From positions 121,006 to 185,005 of the forward strand of contig JAFTXP010000014.1 of NCBI GenBank assembly GCA_017461545.1: DNA of 64,000 bases, in the 5' to 3' direction. A program made the position numbers and the translations under genes. The notes below the pieces were generated by a model. That model ran no database searches, had not been told where the DNA came from, and worked only from the letters and a program-made list of their open reading frames with translations. Positions 7,344-18,071 of the stretch are shown in pieces (position 1 is the first letter of the stretch; each line of letters starts with the position of its first letter). This DNA is from Clostridia bacterium. GTDB taxonomy: Bacteria > Bacillota > Clostridia > UBA1212.

Positions 7344-10151
7344 TTAATCATCATCCTTGCCGCAGCAATCCTTATATTTCTTACCGCTTCCGCAGGGGCA
7401 TTTATCATTTCTTCCTACTTTAGCAGTATTTCTCTTATAAGTATTTATACTATTTTTACCGGAAGCAATTGCCGCAGGGTCTTCACCTTTAGCATTCACC
7501 GTTACCGAAGAACGTGTCACATCGGTCGTATCAAATTTCTCTGAAAAGCTCTTTGCAATTTTCTGACGCTCAATGGCCTCATCCATCTTAGAAAAATTTG
7601 TAAACAATGTTCTGACAGTATTTTTCTGAATGTCTGCATTCATTTCATCAAACATTTCGCTTGCCTCAAACTGATATTCTACAACAGGATCATGATGTCC
7701 GAGAGATCTGAGACCTATACCGTGCTTTAACTGATCAACAGCATCAATATGTGTCATCCAATTTGTATCTACTATCCTTAAAAGAATACTTCTTTCATAT
7801 TCACGCATTTTTTCAGGATCAAACATTTTTTCGTGTTCTTCATAACGATTTATTGCTTCGGAATATAAAGATTCTTTTAAATCATTCTTCTTGGCATTTG
7901 AACAATTATTACAAACATCGTTTAAAGTGTCTGCAGACACGAGCGCAGCCATGGAATCTCTGAAAGCGTCAACATGCCATTCTGAAGAAGGAATATCTTT
8001 TCTGCAAAACTCGTCAACAGCATTTTCTATGACACGTTTTATCATATTCATCAAAACTTCTCTGATATCTTCCCCGTCAAGCACACGTCTTCTTTGCTCA
8101 TATATAATCTCACGTTGCTGATTTATTACATCATCATACTTTATGACATTCTTTCTGATTTCAAAGTTTCGGCTTTCAATCTGTTTCTGAGCATTTTCTA
8201 TAGCCCTTGTAATCATTTTCATCTCGATAATCGGTTGATCTTCCGGAACATCAAGTGCATTTACAAGACCTGCAACTCTGTCTGAACCGAAAAGACGCAT
8301 TATATCATCTTCAAACGAAATGTAAAATCTTGATTCACCCGGGTCCCCCTGTCGGCCTGAACGACCGCGAAGCTGATTATCTATACGTCTTGACTCATGA
8401 CGCTCTGTACCCATAATAAACAGACCGCCTGCTTCTCTGACCTTTTCGCGCTCTGCATTTACGTCAACAGAAAACTTCTCAACAAGATCCTTATATGTCT
8501 TTCTTACATCGCATATCAATTGGTCATCTGTATCATTTACGCCGTCAGCTTCCAATACCATAGCTTCTTCGTATCCCATTCTGCGAAGTTCCTGCTTTGC
8601 CATATGCTCAGCATTACCGCCCAATGTAATATCGGTACCACGTCCTGCCATGTTTGTAGCTATTGTTACAGCGCCTAACTTACCGGCCTGAGCAACAATC
8701 TCTGCTTCTCTTTCATGATGCTTAGCATTAAGAACATTATGTTTGATGCCATGTTTCATAAGTAACTTGCTCAGATACTCGGATTTCTCAATAGAAACAG
8801 TACCTACAAGTACAGGCTGTCCTTTTTCGTGAGCCTTTATAACATCATTTGCCAAAGCCTGATATTTACCCTTTACAGACTTGAAAACCGCATCCTCATG
8901 GTCAATTCTTTTTACAGGTTTGTTTGTAGGAATAACAACTACATCAAGGTTGTAGATTTCATTAAATTCCTCTTCTTCGGTAAGAGCAGTACCGGTCATA
9001 CCGGAAAGCTTTTTGTACATACGGAAATAGTTCTGGAAAGTAATCGTTGCAAGTGTCATACTCTCCTTTTCTACTTTTACACGCTCTTTAGCCTCAATAG
9101 CCTGATGCAAGCCTTCGTTGTATCGTCTTCCGATCATAATACGACCGGTAAATTCGTCGACAATCAAAACACTGTTGTCTTTTACAACGTAATCAATATC
9201 ACGCTTCATAATTCCGTGAGCTTTGATAGCCTGATTTATATGATGTGCAATAGATGCATTTTCCGGATCGGAATAACATTCGATATTAAACCAAGCCTCA
9301 GCTTTTGCAATACCGTTTCTGGTAAGTGTTGCAGTACGGGCTTTTTCATCAACGATGTAGTCTTCTTCCACATCCTCCATCAAGTCTTTTTTGTCAGCTT
9401 CTTTTATGACAAGTTTTGAAAGCGATACTGCAAATGAGTTTGCCTTTTCGTACATTTCGCTGGATTTATTGCCCTGACCCGAAATGATCAAAGGAGTACG
9501 TGCTTCGTCGATGAGAATACTATCCACTTCGTCAACAACGGCAAAGTGAAGATCACGCTGTACCATCTCACTCTTATATCGAACCATATTGTCACGGAGA
9601 TAATCAAATCCCAGCTCATTGTTTGTTCCGTAAGTAATATCACATGCATATGCCTGCTGTCTCTGCTCATGGTTCATATCGTGTATAACAACACCGACAG
9701 AAAGTCCGAGAAAATTGTAAATTTTACCCATCCATTCGCTGTCACGCTTTGCAAGGTAATCATTTACCGTAACAACATGTACGCCTTTGCCTTCCAATGC
9801 ATTAAGATACGCCGGCAATGTAGAAACAAGGGTTTTACCTTCACCGGTTTTCATCTCGGCAATTCTGCCCTGATGCAGAACAACACCGCCTATAAGCTGA
9901 ACATCATAATGACGCTGTCCGAGGACACGCCATGCGGCTTCGCGTACCACAGCAAAAGCTTCAGGCAATATGCTGTCAAGAGTTTCTCCCTCGGCAATTC
10001 TTGCTTTAAACTTATCCGTCATGCCTCTGAGCTCTTTGTCACTTAAAGATTTCATTTTAGGCTCAAGAGAATTTATTTCATTTATTATCGGTTTAATTTC
10101 TTTTACGGCTCTTTCACTGTTCGAGCCGAATATTTTTTCAAATAGACCCAT
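7344..10151 (-). CDS. secA: Preprotein translocase ATPase SecA
   Basis: 935 aa with a DEAD-like motor. C-terminal zinc finger [14 protein letters not shown]. Confidence 0.95.
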   Translation of the reverse strand: MGLFEKIFGSNSERAVKEIKPIINEINSLEPKMKSLSDKELRGMTDKFKARIAEGETLDSILPEAFAVVREAAWRVLGQRHYDVQLIGGVVLHQGRIAEMKTGEGKTLVSTLPAYLNALEGKGVHVVTVNDYLAKRDSEWMGKIYNFLGLSVGVVIHDMNHEQRQQAYACDITYGTNNELGFDYLRDNMVRYKSEMVQRDLHFAVVDEVDSILIDEARTPLIISGQGNKSSEMYEKANSFAVSLSKLVIKEADKKDLMEDVEEDYIVDEKARTATLTRNGIAKAEAWFNIECYSDPENASIAHHINQAIKAHGIMKRDIDYVVKDNSVLIVDEFTGRIMIGRRYNEGLHQAIEAKERVKVEKESMTLATITFQNYFRMYKKLSGMTGTALTEEEEFNEIYNLDVVVIPTNKPVKRIDHEDAVFKSVKGKYQALANDVIKAHEKGQPVLVGTVSIEKSEYLSKLLMKHGIKHNVLNAKHHEREAEIVAQAGKLGAVTIATNMAGRGTDITLGGNAEHMAKQELRRMGYEEAMVLEADGVNDTDDQLICDVRKTYKDLVEKFSVDVNAEREKVREAGGLFIMGTERHESRRIDNQLRGRSGRQGDPGESRFYISFEDDIMRLFGSDRVAGLVNALDVPEDQPIIEMKMITRAIENAQKQIESRNFEIRKNVIKYDDVINQQREIIYEQRRRVLDGEDIREVLMNMIKRVIENAVDEFCRKDIPSSEWHVDAFRDSMAALVSADTLNDVCNNCSNAKKNDLKESLYSEAINRYEEHEKMFDPEKMREYERSILLRIVDTNWMTHIDAVDQLKHGIGLRSLGHHDPVVEYQFEASEMFDEMNADIQKNTVRTLFTNFSKMDEAIERQKIAKSFSEKFDTTDVTRSSVTVNAKGEDPAAIASGKNSINTYKRNTAKVGRNDKCPCGSGKKYKDCCGKDDD

Positions 10152-10224
10152 TTATAGTAAACCTCATTTATTTAATAATATTATTTTTTATAATACCGCA
10201 ATTTAAGTATTATGTCAAAAGCAG

Positions 10225-10827
10225 TCAAAGACCGCCGAGCTCATCAAGCGAGCATTCAAAAGAAGGTATAAAATTATCTATAAAATAATCTGCCTCCGGC
10301 ATATTCATAACCTTTATACTTTCTGCAGTAGCCTTTTTAGCGGCAAGAAATTCGCTGTTTCCCGATTTAACTTCCTCGATGCACTTGATATGTGCCGAGA
10401 TCTTATCGGCCGCTTTAACTATCTTTTTGCACTCCTCGTTATCCTCATCAAAGAAAAGTATCTCCTCATATTCTTTTCTGAAATCATCGGGAAGCATTTC
10501 AAGCAATCGGTTTTTGCTTAAATTCTCTATCTCGCGGTAGGACTCATTTATCTGATGATTGAAATATTTTACCGGCGTCGGCAAATCTCCGGTAATCGTT
10601 TCGTTTGCATCATGGTATAACGCATAAATACAAATCCTGTCCGCGTCATAATTTTTACCGTAATACTTATTGCCTATCAAAGCAAGCATATGTGCAAGCA
10701 TCGCCGTCTGACCGCTGTGCTCCAGAATATTTTCTGTAGCGGTGTTTCTCATAAGACCCCAGCGATTTATATATTTCATGCGGTTTAAGTATGCGAAAAA
10801 ACTTTTATCATTTTGTAAACTTTTCAT
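10225..10827 (-). CDS. yfbR: HD-domain 5'-deoxynucleotidase (YfbR-like)
   Basis: NRWGLMRNTATENILEHSGQ and YHDANETITGDLPTPVKY closely resemble YfbR. Likely start is MKSLQ... with GAGGT RBS. The track start 10845 lies inside a hairpin. Confidence 0.7.
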   Translation of the reverse strand: MKSLQNDKSFFAYLNRMKYINRWGLMRNTATENILEHSGQTAMLAHMLALIGNKYYGKNYDADRICIYALYHDANETITGDLPTPVKYFNHQINESYREIENLSKNRLLEMLPDDFRKEYEEILFFDEDNEECKKIVKAADKISAHIKCIEEVKSGNSEFLAAKKATAESIKVMNMPEADYFIDNFIPSFECSLDELGGL

Positions 10828-10845
10828 AAAGTACCTCAAAGGCAT

Positions 10846-10885
10846 TCACGCAGCGACAGCAGATATGCCAGCTGTCGCTGCGTGA
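10846..10885 (-). promoter_or_regulatory. Perfect 15-bp-stem RNA hairpin between the prfB stop and the yfbR RBS, with no U-tract
   Basis: tcacgcagcgacagc-agatatgcca-gctgtcgctgcgtga. No T run follows on either strand. Possible processing or stability element, or weak attenuator. Confidence 0.45.
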
Positions 10886-10894
10886 AAATAACCG

Positions 10895-12005
10895 TTATTT
10901 ATTATTAAATTCGTTAGCAAGGAAAGCGTTGATAAATCCGTCCAACGCTCCGTCCATAACCTTCTGTACATTCGTATCTTCAAAAGATGTTCTGTGGTCT
11001 TTTACAAGAGTATACGGGCAAAATACGTATGAACGAATCTGACTGCCCCAGGCAATCTCTTTCTGTACACCTTTTATGTCCGAAATTTTCTCAACCTGCT
11101 CTTGCTGTTTTATTTCAAACAGCTTTGACTTAAGCATTTTCATAGCAGTTTCAGTATTCTGGAGCTGCGAACGCTCAGTCTGACAAGAAACCATAATGCC
11201 TGTAGGCTTGTGAACGATACGCGTAGCCGAGTCAGTTTTGTTTATGTGCTGACCGCCGGCACCGCTTGAACGGTAGTGGCTCACTTCTATATCCTCTGCC
11301 GGTATATCGATCTCTATGGTATCATCTATCTCGGGCATTACCTCAACTGACGTAAACGATGTGTGACGTCTGCCGGCCGAGTCAAACGGCGAAATTCTGA
11401 CGAGACGGTGAACACCGTGCTCACTCTTCAGAAAACCGTAAGCATTTATTCCGTTTACCTGAATAACAGCACTTTTTATACCTGCATCATCGCCGTCAAG
11501 AAAGTCAATAAGCTTTACTTCGTAACCGTGCGCATCGCCCCAACGTGTGTACATACGGAGAAGCATCTGAGTCCAGTCCTGTGCCTCCGTTCCGCCGGCC
11601 CCGGAGTGAAGTGTCAGAATCGCATTATTTGCGTCATATTCGCCGGTAAGAAGCGTTTCAAGACGAAGTGCATTAAACTCACTTTTAAATTTATCCATGA
11701 GTTCTGCAACAACATCAACATATGCAAGATCCTGCTCTTCGTTTCCGATTTCAATCGTGACCTGTATCTCTTCAAAAACAGACTCAAGTTCCGTAAATTT
11801 GCCCAATTTTTCTTTTAAAACCTTAAGCTGTTTGAGCACAGCCTGTGAATTTGCTGCATCGTTCCAGAAATCAGGTTCCGATGCTTTGTTTTCAAGTTCT
11901 TCTATCTTGTTTGACATCCCGGTCGTGTCAAAGTGAATCCCTCAAATCATATAAATTTTTCTGTAAACCCTCAAGCTCCAAGCTGAACTGGTCTAACTCA
12001 AACAT
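10895..12005 (-). CDS. prfB: Peptide chain release factor 2, with programmed +1 frameshift
   Basis: The track ORF 10895..11917 carries the GGQ motif SSGAGGQHINKTDSA and SPFDSAGRRHTSF. The upstream frame from ATG at 12005 reads MFELDQFSLELEGLQKNLYDLRDSL then CTT TGA C, the canonical RF2 frameshift site at about 11927-11933. That joins the main frame in +1 (DTTGMSNKIEE...). Confidence 0.9.
11927..11933 (-). other. prfB: Programmed +1 ribosomal frameshift site CTT TGA C in prfB
   Basis: Read directly: ...AGG GAT TCA CTT TGA CAC GAC C. An SD-like AGGGAT sits a few nt upstream, as in classic RF2 autoregulation. Confidence 0.8.
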
Positions 12006-12009
12006 ATAC

Positions 12010-14148
12010 TCATCTCCTTTTGCCTTTTCGGGGCGCTTTTTTCTTTACAGAAGTCTTTTTCTTGCTTCTTTTTGATTTTTTTAAAAAGTCATTTGCACCG
12101 TAAGATGCTTTTATATTTCTGCGCGGTTTTCTGCTGCGGTCTGATCCCGATCGCTTCTCATCGGCAGGCACAAATTCTATCTGCCTCATGATTGTATTTG
12201 CCTCCGCCAGAATAACTCTGACAGAATCACCTATATGAAGGACACGGCCCGACTGCATATTTCTGGCAACCATATAATCGTTGTCAAATTCGTATCTGCC
12301 GCGCATTTCACTATATCGTAACAATCCTTCGACCGTGTTGTCAAGTACAATAAATACACCGAAGCCCGTAATACCCGAAATAGTTCCGGTAAATTCTTCG
12401 CCTTCAAACTGTTTCATATACTCTACACACTTAATATCTATACTTTCTCGCTCGGCATCGGCGGCCCTTCGCTCCATTGCAGAACACTGCTTTGCGATAT
12501 CAGGCATCTTCGCAGAGTAATATTCGTACTTCTTCGACGTAAAATTACCGATTAAAACAAGTTTCATTATCCTGTGAATCATCAAGTCTGGATAACGTCT
12601 TATCGGAGAAGTAAAATGGGTGTAATATTTCATACTCAAGCCGAAATGGCCGAGACATTCATGACTGTATTCTGCCTTTCTCATAGATCGAAGTGTCAAT
12701 AAGTTCACAAGATTTTCGGTCGGTCTGCCCTTTGCTGAATCCAATAACATCCGGAATGCTTTGGGATGAATATTTCCGCCTGCTTTTCCTTTTAAAGAAT
12801 ATCCTAGGTTTTTAACTACTCTTGCAAGTTCGCCTATTTTTTCGGGATCGGGGTCTTCGTGTACACGGTACAAAAAAGGAACATCTCTCCAGTGAAAATC
12901 CTCCGCAACGGTTCTGTTGCACAGCAACATAAACTCTTCGATGATATTGTTTGCAAAAGTTACTGAGTACGGTTTTATTTCAACAGTATTTCCGTCCTGA
13001 TCCAATACAACCTTTGTCTCGGGAAAATCAAAATTTATATACCCATCTTGCTGTCTCCGCCAGTTAAGCGCATCGGCAAGGTTTCTCATCATGACCAGCT
13101 CGTCTATATGCTCCGAATACACCTTCTCAAGCTCCGGGGTCCGGTTTTCCAACAGGTCATACAGCTTCTCGTAGGAAATTTTATATTTAACATTTATTAT
13201 GCTTTCAAAAATCTCATGACTTACAACAGCGCCGCTCGGAGAAATCTCCATCATGACAGTGAACGCCAAACGGTCAACGCCGACGTTCAAACTGCATATT
13301 CCGTTTGAAAGACTTCTTGGAAGCATCGGTATCACACGGTCTGCAAGATATACGCTTGTAGCCCTCTCATACGCCTCCCTGTCAAGTGCGGTGCCCGGTT
13401 TTACATACTCGTTTACATCCGCGATATGAACGCCCAAAAGATAGTTTCCGTTTTCAAGCATTTCAATCGAAATACCGTCGTCAACGTCCTTTGTATCCTC
13501 GCCGTCAATCGTTACCACGGTTATGTTTCTGATGTCGCGTCTGCCCTTATTTATATAACCGGCAATCATTTCATCGCTTAGCTCTGACGGCAAATACATC
13601 GCTTCGTGTAGAACATCTTCCGGAAACTCTGCAATAATTCCCTTTGCTTTCATCATAGCAGTTATTTCAACAGAAGATTCTCCGACTTTACCGACAACCT
13701 CAAGTATTACAGCTTCTCCGTCATATTTTCCCTCTACAGGCATTTTATTTATCTCAAATATAACTTTATCATTTCCGCTGATGCCTGTGACATCACCTTT
13801 TATTCTTATGATACCGTTATATTTCATATTGTCCGGAGCAACACACAAATAACTTCCATACGAGTATACATTACCTGAAAAAATCCGATTTCCCTTCTCA
13901 ATGATTTTTAAAACTTTACCTTCGCGCCTGTTTTTCGAAACAGCACTTCCACCGCTCAGATGTATATATATTTCTCTTTTAGAAAGCTCAACAAGAACAG
14001 TATCACCGGTGAGAGCTCCGCCCGTATTATTTTTTCCTATATAAATATCTCTCTTGTCCTCAAGCAAATTCTCGTCAGACGGAGTAACAAAAGCTGTACC
14101 CTTTGACGTAATCTGAATTACTCCTTTTATATGGTTCTTATCAGTCAA
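12010..14148 (-). CDS. rnr: Ribonuclease R (3'-5' exoribonuclease, RNB family)
   Basis: 712 aa with an RNB catalytic core and S1 domain. Lys/Arg-rich C-terminal tail. secG-rnr synteny. Confidence 0.9.
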   Translation of the reverse strand: MTDKNHIKGVIQITSKGTAFVTPSDENLLEDKRDIYIGKNNTGGALTGDTVLVELSKREIYIHLSGGSAVSKNRREGKVLKIIEKGNRIFSGNVYSYGSYLCVAPDNMKYNGIIRIKGDVTGISGNDKVIFEINKMPVEGKYDGEAVILEVVGKVGESSVEITAMMKAKGIIAEFPEDVLHEAMYLPSELSDEMIAGYINKGRRDIRNITVVTIDGEDTKDVDDGISIEMLENGNYLLGVHIADVNEYVKPGTALDREAYERATSVYLADRVIPMLPRSLSNGICSLNVGVDRLAFTVMMEISPSGAVVSHEIFESIINVKYKISYEKLYDLLENRTPELEKVYSEHIDELVMMRNLADALNWRRQQDGYINFDFPETKVVLDQDGNTVEIKPYSVTFANNIIEEFMLLCNRTVAEDFHWRDVPFLYRVHEDPDPEKIGELARVVKNLGYSLKGKAGGNIHPKAFRMLLDSAKGRPTENLVNLLTLRSMRKAEYSHECLGHFGLSMKYYTHFTSPIRRYPDLMIHRIMKLVLIGNFTSKKYEYYSAKMPDIAKQCSAMERRAADAERESIDIKCVEYMKQFEGEEFTGTISGITGFGVFIVLDNTVEGLLRYSEMRGRYEFDNDYMVARNMQSGRVLHIGDSVRVILAEANTIMRQIEFVPADEKRSGSDRSRKPRRNIKASYGANDFLKKSKRSKKKTSVKKKAPRKGKRR

Positions 14149-14201
14149 AATAATAAAACTCCTTTGTACTTTAATCTCTCATATTTATCATCAATAAATA
14201 A

Positions 14202-14246
14202 CAAAAAAGCCGGAACATACACTAAAATACGTTCCGGCAAAAAAAC
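14202..14246 (-). terminator. Intrinsic terminator downstream of secG
   Basis: gccggaac...gttccggc stem followed by T6 on the minus strand. Confidence 0.55.
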
Positions 14247-14266
14247 TGTAAATAATACAATGAAAA

Positions 14267-14491
14267 TCAAAGTGCAATAACGACAGTAAAAGCAACAGCA
14301 GATACGGCAAATAAAACACCTAATACAATAGTAAGCTTACTGAGAAAAGCTTTTTTGGAAGACGATTTGTTCTTTCCATAAAAAGACTCAGAACTCTGTC
14401 CTGTAATCGCTGAAGCGTTTCCTTCGTTAGAATCCTGCAACATAACAATAATTACTAACGCTAAACATATAATTAAATAAACAATTCCCAT
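14267..14491 (-). CDS. secG: Preprotein translocase subunit SecG
   Basis: About 74 aa from MGIVYLIICLALVIIVMLQDS..., a two-TM SecG-like sequence. The track ORF is extended upstream. Confidence 0.65.
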   Translation of the reverse strand: MGIVYLIICLALVIIVMLQDSNEGNASAITGQSSESFYGKNKSSSKKAFLSKLTIVLGVLFAVSAVAFTVVIAL

Positions 14492-14606
14492 TGCAACCTT
14501 TAAAACACCCACAGTTAAGCACCTCCATAATATCATCTGCATGTCAAAACATGACATACAAACGACAATATTCTATCACATAGAAACTTCTAAAGCAAGT
14601 CTTATT

Positions 14607-15956
14607 TTACAATATTTCTCCGTTTGATTTTATAATATCCCTGTAATGATATGCAGAATCTTTAATAGTTCTCTTACCGGTTTCAAAATCAACATGAACA
14701 AGACCGAAACGTTTTGAATAACCCATACACCATTCAAAATTGTCAAGCATAGACCAGTAGAAATAACCTTTTACAGGGATACCCTCGTCTGCCGCCCTCT
14801 TATATGCTCTCAAATAGCGATCAATATAATCCATCCTGAGCGGATCGTGTACCTTTCCGTCAGCAAATACCCATGAGTTGTCAGATATTCCGTTTTCTGA
14901 AATCATTACAGGCAGTTTATATCTCTCATTCACCATTCTCGAAGCCCAATACAAACATTCCGGAACTACTGCCATAGGCATTGTAGACTCAGCTGCACCT
15001 ACCTTCTTAGGTAACATCTCATACATACCGTTTCCCGAAGACTTTTTATAGCGCACACCCGCATAGATATTCATCGAAAGATAGTCGAGCGGCTGAACAA
15101 CAGTCTTCATATCGTCCTGCCAGTAATCAGGAAGATAAGGCTCGTAATTTTTCGGATATTTTCCGAGAACCACAGGATCAAAACATTCTGCATAATCGCA
15201 TAAATACTTATCATCAGCTGTACGCTCAAAGTTCCTGCATCTTGCAGCCTCTATATCCTCGGGAGTCTCTGTAGCAGGTACAGCAAAATCACCGCAGGCA
15301 ACATACGAAACAGAAGGTTTGAGTTTTGATTCGCTTCTTATAACCTTTACAGCCTCGCCGTGACAAACCATATTGTTGTGCCATGTTCTTACAAAGTCAC
15401 CGAACGGAAGTCTAAGTCCCGGAGCCATTCCTCCTGTCAGATAGCCGTTAAGAAGATAGCACGGCGGCTCATTCTGTGTAAACCAATTCGCGACTCTGTC
15501 CGAATATCTGTCAACAACCTTCTGTGTATACTCCGCAAACCATTTTGAGCAGTCACGGTTTAAAAAACCGCCTTTATAAAGCAGTTCCAGAGGATAATCC
15601 CAATGGAAAAGCGTGACATACGGTGTAATGTTATTCTCGAGAAGATTATCTATAAGTCTGTCATAGTAATCCATCCCCTTTTCATTTACTTTTCCGATAC
15701 CCTCAGGTAAAATTCTCGGCCAGCTAAGCGAAAAACGGTATGCATTAACACCGATTTCCTTAAGTGCATAAATATCCTCGTTCATACGGTGATAACTGTC
15801 ACAAGCAGTATTTCCGTTATGATTTTCAAAGATTTTTCCGGGCTCATTTGAAAATCTGTCCCATACGGAAAGTCCCTTTCCGTCCTCAAATGCTGCACCT
15901 TCTATCTGATACGAGGCAGTCGCAGTACCCCATACAAAATCCTTTGGAAAACTCAT
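14607..15956 (-). CDS. bglA: GH1 beta-glucosidase / 6-phospho-beta-glucosidase
   Basis: 449 aa. N-terminal FPKDFVWGTATASYQIEGA. Catalytic TQNEP and ISENG motifs. Confidence 0.85.
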   Translation of the reverse strand: MSFPKDFVWGTATASYQIEGAAFEDGKGLSVWDRFSNEPGKIFENHNGNTACDSYHRMNEDIYALKEIGVNAYRFSLSWPRILPEGIGKVNEKGMDYYDRLIDNLLENNITPYVTLFHWDYPLELLYKGGFLNRDCSKWFAEYTQKVVDRYSDRVANWFTQNEPPCYLLNGYLTGGMAPGLRLPFGDFVRTWHNNMVCHGEAVKVIRSESKLKPSVSYVACGDFAVPATETPEDIEAARCRNFERTADDKYLCDYAECFDPVVLGKYPKNYEPYLPDYWQDDMKTVVQPLDYLSMNIYAGVRYKKSSGNGMYEMLPKKVGAAESTMPMAVVPECLYWASRMVNERYKLPVMISENGISDNSWVFADGKVHDPLRMDYIDRYLRAYKRAADEGIPVKGYFYWSMLDNFEWCMGYSKRFGLVHVDFETGKRTIKDSAYHYRDIIKSNGEIL

Positions 15957-15992
15957 TATACATTTCCTCCATAAATGTTAGTAATTTAAAAT

Positions 15993-17990
15993 TTATACTA
16001 TTTTTTCTTTTATTAAACCTTTGTTATATGTATACAATAATTTCTCAAGCTCACAAATGCTTCTTTTTATGTTTCTTCCGGTATCAGTATCCGCGACCAG
16101 AATTCTGTTTTTCGAATAATGGTATTCTACGGTCGAAGAAAGAATATCTTTTTCTTCACGAACCGCAATCTCCACTGATTCGAAAGGTTCGTGAGATACC
16201 AAAACCAAGCCGTGTGAGTTATAAATAAGCGTATATCCCGCAATTCCGGTAACTTTCTGATATGCTTTTGCAAAACCTCCGTCAATAACAAAAAGCTTAC
16301 CGTTTGCCTTTACCGGACGCTCTCCCTTTGTAACCTGAACGGGAACATGACCGTTTATTATATGCGAACAGCTCGGATCAAGGCCGAAGTCAGTCATGAT
16401 CTCATCGCACACAGCTTCGTTATCGCGCATCAGATAATACGGATTTCTTTTTTCTTTATGCGATGCAGGATCGTCTATAAAATATCTCTCAAAAGTAGTC
16501 ATTTTTACTTTTCCGAATACAGGAGAATCACTTCCGCACCACATGTACCATGTTTCATCAAGGCATCGATTCTTCTCTTCCGTATTGCGCACATTGAAAT
16601 AACCCTCGCGGATAGTTCTGTCGATAGAATCAAAGTACTCTCTGCCCTTTAACCTTTCGCCTCTGAAGCTTACCTCCTTAAGAGTACCGTCCTCATTCAT
16701 AGGAAGGCATCCGTGAAAAAGCAGGTTTGAATTGAATATAGTATATAAGCTGCCGTGTGTGAACAAAAATCTCACATGGCTCTGAAGTTTCTCATTCTTT
16801 ACAAAAGAAACCGTTATTTTTTCAAGAACATCAAGTTCTTCCTCCGTGAAAGCCGTCGGATTCTTCGGGTCAACAGTCGGGAACTCGGTATCATTCAATT
16901 CATATTTTACGCCTTCAATTTCTATTGTACCGTCTTCGAAATTAATCTTCTCAAGCAGAATCCTGTCATCCATATTGAAATTGGGATTGCGTTTGATAAT
17001 CTGAGCCTCACATTTAAATTGCATTATTGTAATAGCCTTATGCATTTTTGCAATCAGATTTATCTCTTTTTCACTCAGGAAGACGTTTTCCGCAACAGAA
17101 GGCATAAAATGCTCGCACGGATCCTTTTTGTATTTTTCCATAGCAAAAGTAGCAAGAGGAATAAGATTTATTCCGTATGCTTCTTCAATAGTATCGAGGT
17201 TTGCATATCTTGCCTGAATTCTTATAACGTTGCAGATAAGCGCCCTGCAGCCTGCAGCGGCACCCATCCAGCTAATGTCGTGATTACCCCACTGAATGTC
17301 AACGGAGTGATAATTTGATATCATATCCATTATTTTAACAGCATCACGTCCTCTGTCGTATATGTCACCGATAACATGGAGTCTGTCAATCGCAAGACGC
17401 TGAATGAGATGCGCCATCTCAATAATAAAATCATTTGCTCTGTACAAACGTATAATGGTTTCGATGATTTCGTCGTAATACTGTTGTTTGTCGGCACTGC
17501 CCGTACTGCTGTCTTCCTCGTGAAGAAGTTCCTCGATGATATAGGAGTAGTTTTTAGGAAGAGCCTTACGCACCTTTGAACGCGTGTACTTCGATGAAGC
17601 GGCCTTACACATGATAATCATGCGGTGAAGAATAATTCTGTACCAGTCATTTATATCTGTTTCTGTCTTTTCAACGATGGCAAGCTTCTTTTCAGGATAA
17701 TATATCAGCGTAGCCAGTGCCTTCTTCTCACATTCTCTCATAGTGTTACCGAAAACTCTGTCAATCAAATCTTTGATAACACCTGAGGCATTCTTTAAAA
17801 CATGTCGGAAAGATGCATATTCACCGTGTATATCTGATACAAAATGTTCTGTACCTTTTGGCAAGTTTAATATAGCCTGAAGATTGATTATTTCAGAACT
17901 TGCACTTTCTATCGTAGGATATTGTTTAGCAAGCAACTGCAAATAACGTAAATCTTCATCGTTTAATTCTATGGGTTTTGAATTTAACAT
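15993..17990 (-). CDS. fbp: Fructose-1,6-bisphosphatase class 3
   Basis: 665 aa. N-terminus YLQLLAKQYPTIESASSEIINLQAILNLPKGTEHFVSDIHGEY is typical of Firmicute FBPase III. Confidence 0.85.
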   Translation of the reverse strand: MLNSKPIELNDEDLRYLQLLAKQYPTIESASSEIINLQAILNLPKGTEHFVSDIHGEYASFRHVLKNASGVIKDLIDRVFGNTMRECEKKALATLIYYPEKKLAIVEKTETDINDWYRIILHRMIIMCKAASSKYTRSKVRKALPKNYSYIIEELLHEEDSSTGSADKQQYYDEIIETIIRLYRANDFIIEMAHLIQRLAIDRLHVIGDIYDRGRDAVKIMDMISNYHSVDIQWGNHDISWMGAAAGCRALICNVIRIQARYANLDTIEEAYGINLIPLATFAMEKYKKDPCEHFMPSVAENVFLSEKEINLIAKMHKAITIMQFKCEAQIIKRNPNFNMDDRILLEKINFEDGTIEIEGVKYELNDTEFPTVDPKNPTAFTEEELDVLEKITVSFVKNEKLQSHVRFLFTHGSLYTIFNSNLLFHGCLPMNEDGTLKEVSFRGERLKGREYFDSIDRTIREGYFNVRNTEEKNRCLDETWYMWCGSDSPVFGKVKMTTFERYFIDDPASHKEKRNPYYLMRDNEAVCDEIMTDFGLDPSCSHIINGHVPVQVTKGERPVKANGKLFVIDGGFAKAYQKVTGIAGYTLIYNSHGLVLVSHEPFESVEIAVREEKDILSSTVEYHYSKNRILVADTDTGRNIKRSICELEKLLYTYNKGLIKEKIV

Positions 17991-18071
17991 ATTAAAACCT
18001 TCTTTACGTACAAATAATATATAATATATATATCACATTTCTGTTATTTTATCAAACAGAACAATATCATA

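Noticed and set aside
10895-11917. prfB as a truncated protein or pseudogene
   Set aside because: It is explained by the canonical CTT TGA C +1 frameshift linking an upstream 25-codon frame.
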